Origin: an uncultured bacterium
Lineage (GTDB): Bacteria > Patescibacteriota > Microgenomatia > UBA1400 > UBA12108
Length of the DNA stretch: 64,000 nucleotides
Reading direction: 5' to 3'
NCBI GenBank assembly: GCA_903945195.1
Contig: CAJAUT010000009.1
Coordinates: 23,231 to 87,230, forward strand
Shown here: in pieces, positions 57,336 through 64,000 of the stretch
How positions within the stretch are numbered: position 1 is the first letter of the stretch
How the letters are laid out: every line of letters begins with the position of its first letter
Made by a program: the position numbers and the translations under genes
The notes under the pieces: generated by a model
Databases searched by the model: none
What the model was told of the DNA's origin: nothing
Seen by the model: the letters and a program-made list of their open reading frames with translations, nothing else

Positions 57336-57686
57336 TTAGTAGGCTTTTGGTGGAGTAATGTTGCCACCCAAGATATCGATACCAAAGAAATATTGGATGA
57401 TAAGCATGACAGCCCAAGCTGAGGCTACGACTGCTAGACCAACTAGAGCAGCGGTGATACGATCGCGAGCTTCTTGAGTTTTGCCTTTGTCACCACCTGA
57501 ACTAATCCACTGAATACCACCCCAGATAAGGAACATAAAGACCATAAGAGCTGAGACAAGGAGTGCTCCTTGGACCGCGCCTTTGATGAGGGTGCCGATA
57601 TTTGTGATAGCAACTCCTTCTGGTTTGCTAATGGATAAATCTGGAGCAGCGGGGGCTGCTTGCGCTAACTTGACTAGAAATGACAT
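57336..57686 (-). CDS. TrbC/VirB2-like pilin 6 (candidate major pilin)
   Basis: GGIQWISSGGDKGKTQEARDRITAALVG; AGGAG SD; followed by terminator. Confidence 0.8.
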   Translation of the reverse strand: MSFLVKLAQAAPAAPDLSISKPEGVAITNIGTLIKGAVQGALLVSALMVFMFLIWGGIQWISSGGDKGKTQEARDRITAALVGLAVVASAWAVMLIIQYFFGIDILGGNITPPKAY

Positions 57687-57724
57687 ATTATTTTCTCCTT
57701 TTCTTAATATTAGTTTTTATTTTA

Positions 57725-58024
57725 TCATTTAGCAAGACCAATGCCGAGGAAGTAATCGATGAGTAGGTATACAGCCCAGGCCGAAGCCACTATAGTTAGC
57801 CCGATAATGCCGTTGGTAATTTTACCTTTTGCTTCTTCTAGCTTTCCCTTGTCTCCGCCACTCATGATCCATTGAACTCCACCATAAACTAAATACAAGA
57901 AAGTGGACAAGCCGGCTACCAATAAAATAGCTCCAAATGATTTTTGAACAAAAACTCCAAGAGATTCGTTGATTGCTATCCTTGATTTAGCTTCGGTGCC
58001 GATATTTACATTAAATGATCCCAT
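57725..58024 (-). CDS. TrbC/VirB2-like pilin 5
   Basis: GGVQWIMSGGDKGKLEEAKGKITNGIIG. Confidence 0.8.
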   Translation of the reverse strand: MGSFNVNIGTEAKSRIAINESLGVFVQKSFGAILLVAGLSTFLYLVYGGVQWIMSGGDKGKLEEAKGKITNGIIGLTIVASAWAVYLLIDYFLGIGLAK

Positions 58025-58028
58025 AAAT

Positions 58029-58367
58029 TTATCCTGCTGTAGGCCAACTAAAGTTTAGTATATCCATATTGATGGCGGATTCAATGAATTTGATGATTAC
58101 ATAAGAGGCCGCTAGGATCACTAGGCCTACTAGACCTTGAGTGATCTTGCCTCTTGCTTCTTCAATTTTACCCTTGTCTCCACCAGCTGTGATCCAGGTC
58201 ACCCCGCCAAGAAGGAGATAGAGTAAAAATGCTAGCCCTCCCACCAAGATGATTGTTTGCCAAAGGGTGGCGATGGTGATAGCAAACTGACCAGCCTGGG
58301 TTTCGTTGGCAGCTCCTCCTCCTGGTACAGCTAGATTTGTGATTTGGGCAAGTGCTTTTTTAATCAT
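58029..58367 (-). CDS. TrbC/VirB2-like pilin 4
   Basis: GGVTWITAGGDKGKIEEARGKITQGLVG. Confidence 0.8.
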   Translation of the reverse strand: MIKKALAQITNLAVPGGGAANETQAGQFAITIATLWQTIILVGGLAFLLYLLLGGVTWITAGGDKGKIEEARGKITQGLVGLVILAASYVIIKFIESAINMDILNFSWPTAG

Positions 58368-58371
58368 ATGT

Positions 58372-58743
58372 TTATTGGAACTTTATGACTCCCGGTGAAA
58401 TCAATGATGCGGGATTTAATATGTTGATACCAAGTGCTTGTCCTACGATCCAGACTATTGAGTAGGAGAGGGTGATGACGATCATGCCGATAGCGCCATT
58501 TGTCATCATGCCCTTGGCTTTGTCGATTTTACCTTTGTCACCGCCGGCCGTGATCCAGTTGAGACCGCCTAGAAGGAAATATAAAACAAAAGCTATACCC
58601 GCTACGACTGTAAGGATGACTAGTACGTTGCTGACGAGCTTTTCTACGGCTCCCGTTGCGCCTGCTACGCCATCTCCTGGCTGATAACCTCCTGGAGTGG
58701 TAATCTTGGAAAAATCTATACCCTGAGCAAGTAGTTTTGTCAT
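58372..58743 (-). CDS. TrbC/VirB2-like pilin 3
   Basis: GGLNWITAGGDKGKIDKAKGMMTNGAIG. Confidence 0.8.
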   Translation of the reverse strand: MTKLLAQGIDFSKITTPGGYQPGDGVAGATGAVEKLVSNVLVILTVVAGIAFVLYFLLGGLNWITAGGDKGKIDKAKGMMTNGAIGMIVITLSYSIVWIVGQALGINILNPASLISPGVIKFQ

Positions 58744-59099
58744 GGTGTTGCGCTCCCTGGTCCAATAATTTTGGGTGTCAATATAGCCCCTGCATTACCA
58801 AATAACACAAAGGAGATGATGCCTGTGATGGCCGCCGCTGCAACCATGATAACTAGCCCAATGAGAGAAGTGGTAATAGATTGCTGGGCAGCCTCGATCT
58901 TTTTTTGGTCACCCGCTGCAGTTATATAGCTGAATCCGGCAATCATGAGGTTAAAAAATGTCCAAAGTCCACCCACTACAAAGATGATGGTAACGACATT
59001 GGTAATAAATGCAGGCAGCCCTGTGCTGACGTCTGTATAGCCGTTTGAACCTACTTTTGTGAGTGGATTTATGATGTCTGTGCCTAGTAATCCTGCCAT
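58740..59099 (-). CDS. TrbC/VirB2-like pilin 2
   Basis: AGFSYITAAGDQKKIEAAQQSITTSLIG. Confidence 0.8.
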   Translation of the reverse strand: MAGLLGTDIINPLTKVGSNGYTDVSTGLPAFITNVVTIIFVVGGLWTFFNLMIAGFSYITAAGDQKKIEAAQQSITTSLIGLVIMVAAAAITGIISFVLFGNAGAILTPKIIGPGSATP

Positions 59100-59101
59100 A
59101 T

Positions 59102-59419
59102 TTATAAACTCGAATTAAGTATCTGTACCCCTGTAACTACCTGGATAATTTGGATAATCCAGTAGGAAGCAAAAAGTACTAATAATCCTATTATAGCAGA
59201 GGTGATAGTTTTGGTGCCTTCTTCGATCTTGTGAGGGTCACCCGCATTGGCGATGATAGTAAATCCTCCAAAAATTATCATAAAAAAGATAACTAGACCT
59301 CCGGCGACATATATGTTTGGGACGATGTTGTTGATTAAATCTCCCACGCCGGTATAGGCAGTTGTTGCACTATCTTTTTGAAATCTTAAACAGTCACCTA
59401 AATTTGTAGGACATTCCAT
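59102..59419 (-). CDS. TrbC/VirB2-like pilin 1
   Basis: GGFTIIANAGDPHKIEEGTKTITSAIIG; start ATG 59419 (TATACT 6 nt upstream). Confidence 0.8.
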   Translation of the reverse strand: MECPTNLGDCLRFQKDSATTAYTGVGDLINNIVPNIYVAGGLVIFFMIIFGGFTIIANAGDPHKIEEGTKTITSAIIGLLVLFASYWIIQIIQVVTGVQILNSSL

Positions 59420-59456
59420 GTTTTGAGTATAGCGCAAGTTGTATAATCCATAAAGT

Positions 59457-59990
59457 ATGAATGAACTGATAAGTCTAGTGTTATCTGGAGAAAAAGGAGC
59501 AGCAACTAGGTTTTACAAAGAGTTTGCGCCCAAACTACGCAGATATCTAAACATAAAACTGCCAGAGGGAGAGGTGGAGGAAGTGCTGCAAGATACTTTT
59601 CTTTCGGCTTTTGACTCGCTCCCACTTTATAGAGGAGAATCGAGTGTATCTACTTGGCTCATTTCTATAGCTAGGCATGAGGTGGCTGATTTTTACCGGA
59701 AAAAATATGTCAGGAGCGCAATAGAGCACACAGCGCCACTTTTTGAAAACATGGTGTCGGAACTGCTATCACCAGAGTTTGAATCGGAAAAGAAGAAAAT
59801 AGAGAAGAAGTTTTTTGCTACATACCGCAAACTATCTAGTCAGTATCAAGACGTGTTGTCTTATAGATTTGAACTGTCGATGTCTGTAAAAGAGATAGCG
59901 CAGCGAATGGATTTGTCTTTTAAGGCGACAGAGTCACTATTATATAGAGCGAGACTAGCGTTTAGAGAAGAATATGAAAGCGGAAAATAG
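59457..59990 (+). CDS. ECF RNA polymerase sigma factor
   Basis: EEVLQDTF, STWLISIARH..DFYRK, SVKEIA..S.KATES.LYRAR. Confidence 0.92.
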   Translation: MNELISLVLSGEKGAATRFYKEFAPKLRRYLNIKLPEGEVEEVLQDTFLSAFDSLPLYRGESSVSTWLISIARHEVADFYRKKYVRSAIEHTAPLFENMVSELLSPEFESEKKKIEKKFFATYRKLSSQYQDVLSYRFELSMSVKEIAQRMDLSFKATESLLYRARLAFREEYESGK

Positions 59991-60207
59991 TTTTATTTTG
60001 CAGCTAGAGCAGAAAGCTAAAGAGCAAAAACTTCTAGTAAAAACAGAGATAATGCCAGAGTGGGCAAAGGGAATAGGCGGGTGGCTTACAGTGAACCCGT
60101 GGAGAGTGATAATACCCATTAGTGCACTAGCATACTGCATACTGCGTACGGCATACGGCTACGGTTTTAGAGAATTTGTGCTTGGGCTATTTGGGGGATT
60201 TGCATGA
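59974..60207 (+). CDS. Small membrane protein (anti-sigma candidate)
   Basis: 77 aa, C-terminal TM, overlaps sigma gene. Confidence 0.55.
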   Translation: MKAENSFILQLEQKAKEQKLLVKTEIMPEWAKGIGGWLTVNPWRVIIPISALAYCILRTAYGYGFREFVLGLFGGFA

Positions 60208-60509
60208 GGAAGATAGTTTTGTGGATGACTTATGTGTGGGCGACAACGCTGGCTGGGCTTGCCATGCATCCATACCAATCGATTAAGAGGATGGTACTAA
60301 ATAAACCGATTTTGCTGCCAGTATCTTTGTCGCCGGTTATTGGACTGATAGGACTATTTGTAGTTGGAAGGGTGGGGTCGTATATTTTTACGCTTGGAGT
60401 TATTGGCAGAGAATTGATGGCGATGATGCTTGGAGCGACTTTGATAGGACTCTTGCTCTGGCAAGGATTGCTTTTGGCACTCGTGATTAGGTTTTGGCGA
60501 GCTCGTTAG
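60204..60509 (+). CDS. Small 3-TM membrane protein
   Basis: Hydrophobic 101 aa; ATGA overlap with upstream gene. Confidence 0.6.
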   Translation: MRKIVLWMTYVWATTLAGLAMHPYQSIKRMVLNKPILLPVSLSPVIGLIGLFVVGRVGSYIFTLGVIGRELMAMMLGATLIGLLLWQGLLLALVIRFWRAR

Positions 60510-60868
60510 AGACCTTCGACGATTTCTACTTCACCAAAATATTTCATTTTGAGGAGTTGTTTGTCGCTAGTTAGGAAATAATCACAGTGAGAAGAAGATG
60601 CTGAGTGAAGCTGAATGTTGTCTTCAAGATCTGAGGTGGGATTATGAAGACTTTTAGTAAGTATTTCAGTTGATAAATCAACAAAAGAAAGGTCTCTGAG
60701 TGAATTGAGTAGTAGTTGGTTGGGAATTTTTTTCTTGGAGATATATGAATAAATATGATATGAAAGTGGAGAAACAAACACTTCATTATTTAGTAAAAAT
60801 GAACGCTTGGACCTATCTCTTTCCAAGATATCAATGAAGTAGTTGGTATCAAGATAGACCTTGGCCAT
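60506..60868 (-). CDS. PIN-domain toxin
   Basis: YLDTN, DLEDNIQ, FLTSDKQL. Confidence 0.85.
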   Translation of the reverse strand: MAKVYLDTNYFIDILERDRSKRSFLLNNEVFVSPLSYHIYSYISKKKIPNQLLLNSLRDLSFVDLSTEILTKSLHNPTSDLEDNIQLHSASSSHCDYFLTSDKQLLKMKYFGEVEIVEGL

Positions 60869-61115
60869 ATTTATCCATTAGATGTTTACGATATATTTTC
60901 TCTCTTTGAGCATGTGTAGTTTTGGGTAGGTTTAGCTCATCTAGGAGCTTGCCAAATCTTTCAGCGTTGAACTTTTTGGGTTGTTTGTTGATGGTGGGTG
61001 AAATAGTTGCCACAATTTTGGAACGATGAATTAACTGAATTGACTTTCCCGCCATTAAATTGGCTATTAAATCTGAAGATTGAGTTCTGAGCTGAGTGGT
61101 AGTGATGTAGTTCAT
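60849..61115 (-). CDS. Phd/YefM-like antitoxin
   Basis: MNYITTTQLRT..LI..L..GKSIQLIHRSKIVA; dyad ATATACATT..AATGTATAT upstream. Confidence 0.7.
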   Translation of the reverse strand: MNYITTTQLRTQSSDLIANLMAGKSIQLIHRSKIVATISPTINKQPKKFNAERFGKLLDELNLPKTTHAQREKIYRKHLMDKYGQGLS

Positions 61116-61159
61116 ATACATTTAAATATACACTTGAATGTATATTTGTCAACTTCAAT

Positions 61160-61184
61160 ATATCAAACTCCGGGAGTTTGATAT
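61160..61184. repeat. Type D palindrome, intergenic copy
   Basis: ATATCAAACTCC-G-GGAGTTTGATAT. Confidence 0.75.
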
Positions 61185-61218
61185 GAATGATTTCTTTGTG
61201 ATGGGCGACTAAGTGGGT

Positions 61219-61470
61219 ATGGAGATACCGCGGATCAGACTATTGATGCAGGGATTACATGCCCTAGAATCTGGGATGGTTAGTCCGCGGAGAGTTTCTG
61301 AAATTGGATTTGCCCATGCAGTGAGTGAGGCTAGATCAAAGAGAATTGGCTTAACCGCTGAAGAAGTAGCTGAAAAATTTATGAAATATTCGAACCAGAG
61401 AGATGCGGAAAGAGAGGGGATATTAGTGATTGGACTTATTACGTCAGTCAAAATGGAACATGTGGGATAA
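61219..61470 (+). CDS. Hypothetical protein
   Basis: Short ORF, no motif. Confidence 0.4.
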   Translation: MEIPRIRLLMQGLHALESGMVSPRRVSEIGFAHAVSEARSKRIGLTAEEVAEKFMKYSNQRDAEREGILVIGLITSVKMEHVG

Positions 61471-61477
61471 TAGCCAA

Positions 61478-62059
61478 ATGAATTTGCGAAAAACCGTGGA
61501 AGAAGTCGACCAGAAATATCACGAGAGAAAAGTGGTGCTCGTGGACGAAAATGATAATGAACTGGGTATAGGTGGTTTGGTAGAAGCTCATAGAGAGAAA
61601 GGGTTGAAACATAGAGCCTTTTCTTTGCAGTTATATAGGCAAGTGGGGGATAAATTTGAACTTTTATTACAGCAAAGAGCAGAGATCAAACCAGTTTTTC
61701 CTAAATACTGGGCAAATACTTGTTGCTACAACATGGCACCAGGAGAGAAATATCTAGAAAGAGCAGTAAGTAGGGTCAAAGAGGAGGTGGGAGTGGAAGT
61801 AGGAGTAGAAAACTTACGAGAACTATATAAATTTAGCTATGAAGCGGATGATATTGAGGGGTGGTGTGAGAATGAGCTAGACAATGTGGTAGTGGGGGAG
61901 TGGTCAGGTGATCTGCAGCTGAATCTAGAGGAAGCGATGGATGCTAAATGGGTGGAGTGGGATGAATTAAACAATGATATTAAAGAAGGTCCAGAGAAAT
62001 ATGCTCCGTGGTTCAAGATGATAGTTTCTGACTCCCGATTCTGCAGCGTTTTCGAATGA
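61478..62059 (+). CDS. idi: Isopentenyl-diphosphate delta-isomerase, type 1 (NUDIX)
   Basis: VLVDEND, HRAFS, LLQQRA, WANTCC, ENELD, PWFK. Confidence 0.9.
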   Translation: MNLRKTVEEVDQKYHERKVVLVDENDNELGIGGLVEAHREKGLKHRAFSLQLYRQVGDKFELLLQQRAEIKPVFPKYWANTCCYNMAPGEKYLERAVSRVKEEVGVEVGVENLRELYKFSYEADDIEGWCENELDNVVVGEWSGDLQLNLEEAMDAKWVEWDELNNDIKEGPEKYAPWFKMIVSDSRFCSVFE

Positions 62060-62088
62060 TTTTGAGATAATTTGCGACTTTATTATTC

Positions 62089-62322
62089 ATGGACTTGGAT
62101 AAAATAAAAATTGTATTAGCAGAGGAGCCTTGGTCGCTTAAAATGGTGGATGATGCCGCTCGAGGAATGGTGCAGGGAACTTGTGCGTATGATCCTCCCG
62201 AGATGCAGTTAAAGTCTTGGATTGAAATTGCTAGGCATAACTTTAGAAATGATGCTCACGGCTTTGAAATAGAAGTTCAGTCTTTGATAGCTCAGGCTTT
62301 AGCGGGGAAATTTGATGTATAA
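62089..62322 (+). CDS. Hypothetical protein
   Basis: 77-aa ORF between idi and mevalonate kinase. Confidence 0.5.
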   Translation: MDLDKIKIVLAEEPWSLKMVDDAARGMVQGTCAYDPPEMQLKSWIEIARHNFRNDAHGFEIEVQSLIAQALAGKFDV

Positions 62323-63154
62323 ATCAAACTTTGTTACTGGAAAGGTGATTTTGGCGGGGGAACATGCGGCGGTTTATGGCAAGATGGCGCTGGCAGCTAG
62401 TATTTCACTAGGAGCAACGATAAAAGTAGTTGATGAAGTTTTTGAAAAAACAGACTTGGTAAAGAAGGCAATAGAAGTGGCCGGGGGTAATGAAAGTATC
62501 CAAGTGAAGATCGAGAGTGACTTGCCCATTGGATCTGGACTAGGATCGTCGGCAGTAGTCGCGGCAGCAACCATAAATGCCGTTCGAGAATATTTAGGAA
62601 AGCCCATAAATAAAGATGAATTGTTTAAATTGACGATGGAGTGTGAAAGGCTGGCGCATGGCAATCCTTCAGGTCTAGATCCTACTACCGTCATTTACGG
62701 CGGACTAATAGCTTTTACAAAGGGCCAACCATTTGAAAGATTAAATATTTTGAAATCTATAAAATTACTTTTAGTAAACTCGGGTAAACCAGAAGAATCA
62801 ACAAAAGAAATGATTGAGCTTGTAGCTAATAATATAAATAAAGATGAAATTATAGATCGAATCGGAGATCTGACAATCGAATTTAAAAAGATGCTAGAGA
62901 GTGGGCAGGATATCTCAGCTATATTGAATCAGAATGGACTAATGCTGGAAGAGCTAGGAGTGGTGGGAGCTAAAGCAGTAATGCTAAGCAAAGAAATCAG
63001 GAATTTGGGAGGAAGCGTAAAAATAGTGGGGGCTGGAGGGGCAAGAACTGGATCGGGGATGATGATAGTAATGGCTCCAGATTATACAAAAATCATGAAA
63101 TTGTTGGACAATAAACAAATTGATTATTTTGAGACAACAATAGGAGCGAAATGA
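62315..63154 (+). CDS. mvk: Mevalonate kinase
   Basis: GKVILAGEHAAVYG, PIGSGLGSSA, HGNPSGLD, KIVGAGG. Confidence 0.85.
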   Translation: MYKSNFVTGKVILAGEHAAVYGKMALAASISLGATIKVVDEVFEKTDLVKKAIEVAGGNESIQVKIESDLPIGSGLGSSAVVAAATINAVREYLGKPINKDELFKLTMECERLAHGNPSGLDPTTVIYGGLIAFTKGQPFERLNILKSIKLLLVNSGKPEESTKEMIELVANNINKDEIIDRIGDLTIEFKKMLESGQDISAILNQNGLMLEELGVVGAKAVMLSKEIRNLGGSVKIVGAGGARTGSGMMIVMAPDYTKIMKLLDNKQIDYFETTIGAK

Positions 63155-64000
63155 AAGTAACTGCATCGGCGCCGGGGAAGCTAATGTTATATGGTGAACA
63201 TGCTGTTGTGTATGGATCACCATGTATCGTGACGGCGGTAGACCAGAGGGTGAGGGTGACAGTTGAGCCAAATGGCGAGGGAGAGATCCATGTGTGCTCA
63301 CCAAACGTAGGACTAGATGAGTATCACAAAAAGATCTCAAAACTAGGGAAGGATGATCTACCAAAGTCTATGGCATTTGTCGAGATGCTAGTGAAGAGAG
63401 TGTATGAAAAATTTGGGTTAAAAACTGGAATACGTATCTCGACAGAATCGGATTTTTCGACTCAGTTTGGATTTGGATCATCGGCCGCGGTTGTAGCCGC
63501 ACTGGCGAAAGCACTGGACTTATATTTTGATTTGAAGATGACACAAAAGGATATTTTTCAGATAGCGTATCAGGCAGTACTTGATGTACAGGGAGTGGGG
63601 AGTGGATTTGATGTAGCTGCCTCAGTCTATGGAGGCACCATTTATTATGTAACTCCAGGTGACATAATTGAGAGTGTTTGGGAGGGAAATCTACCTATGG
63701 TAGTAGGTTATACAGGAGTTAAGGCCGACACCCCAACTTTGATACGACAAGTGGCAGAACTAAAGCGAAATGAAGGGTGGGTTGAGTCTGTTTTTGCGGA
63801 TATAATAAACTTGGTGAATAAAGCAAAAACATTGTTTGAGAAAAAAGATTTTGTACAGCTAGGAAAGCTAATGAACAAAAATCAGAAACTACTTGCGACA
63901 CTTAACGTGAGCTCAGTAGAACTAGACAAAATGATTAAAGGAGCCAAGGATGCTAAAGCATATGGCGCTAAACTGTCTGGGGCTGGTGGAGGTGATTGTA
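63151..64000 (+). CDS. GHMP kinase, probable phosphomevalonate kinase (runs off window end)
   Basis: Manual translation MKVTASAPGKLMLYGEHAVVYG...FGFGSSAA...GSGFDVAASVYGG...KLSGAGGGDC. Confidence 0.75.
   Translation, partial: MKVTASAPGKLMLYGEHAVVYGSPCIVTAVDQRVRVTVEPNGEGEIHVCSPNVGLDEYHKKISKLGKDDLPKSMAFVEMLVKRVYEKFGLKTGIRISTESDFSTQFGFGSSAAVVAALAKALDLYFDLKMTQKDIFQIAYQAVLDVQGVGSGFDVAASVYGGTIYYVTPGDIIESVWEGNLPMVVGYTGVKADTPTLIRQVAELKRNEGWVESVFADIINLVNKAKTLFEKKDFVQLGKLMNKNQKLLATLNVSSVELDKMIKGAKDAKAYGAKLSGAGGGDC

Noticed and set aside
42273-59419. T4SS locus as an ICE or prophage
   Set aside because: No integrase, relaxase, att repeats or phage structural genes recognised; same repeats and start-site style as the core genome

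Overview
A 64-kb chromosomal window that looks like a Patescibacteria/CPR (Microgenomates-like) genome; the taxon is inferred from gene content and style only. Left to right: tRNA-Cys, gap, pyrH, groES/EL with a CIRCE box, and valS. Next is a ~15-kb accessory block with 2 Fic proteins, 3 TrmB-type regulators each set against MFS/DMT transporters, and 3 toxin-antitoxin pairs. Then come rplY, cell-surface genes, and jag-yidC-yidD-rnpA-(ORFan)-rpmH-dnaA-oriC-dnaN. A ~17-kb type IV secretion-like locus follows with no relaxase in the window: VirB4, PrgI, VirB6-like, CHAP and SLT-like hydrolases, 7 tandem VirB2-like pilins and a 1114-aa antisense-oriented ORFan. The window ends with an ECF sigma factor, a PIN TA pair and mevalonate-pathway genes. 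Main signals not explained by the gene list: (1) several families of REP-like palindromic elements, mainly GGTCTGACC...GGTCAGACC cassettes, sit in-frame inside open genes (other hairpin families in valS, rnpA and rnhA), supply stop codons and possibly a start/SD, and the asymmetric multi-copy ones all point the same way on the + strand; (2) the + strand stays G-rich on both sides of the dnaA-dnaN origin in hand-counted samples; (3) more than 20 genes have a -10-like TANNNT hexamer mostly 6 nt (6-8) before the ATG, suggesting leaderless mRNAs; (4) paralogue-specific 18-bp operators at the three TrmB starts; (5) a DnaA-box cluster ~13 kb from oriC. All calls were made by eye; no database searches were run.
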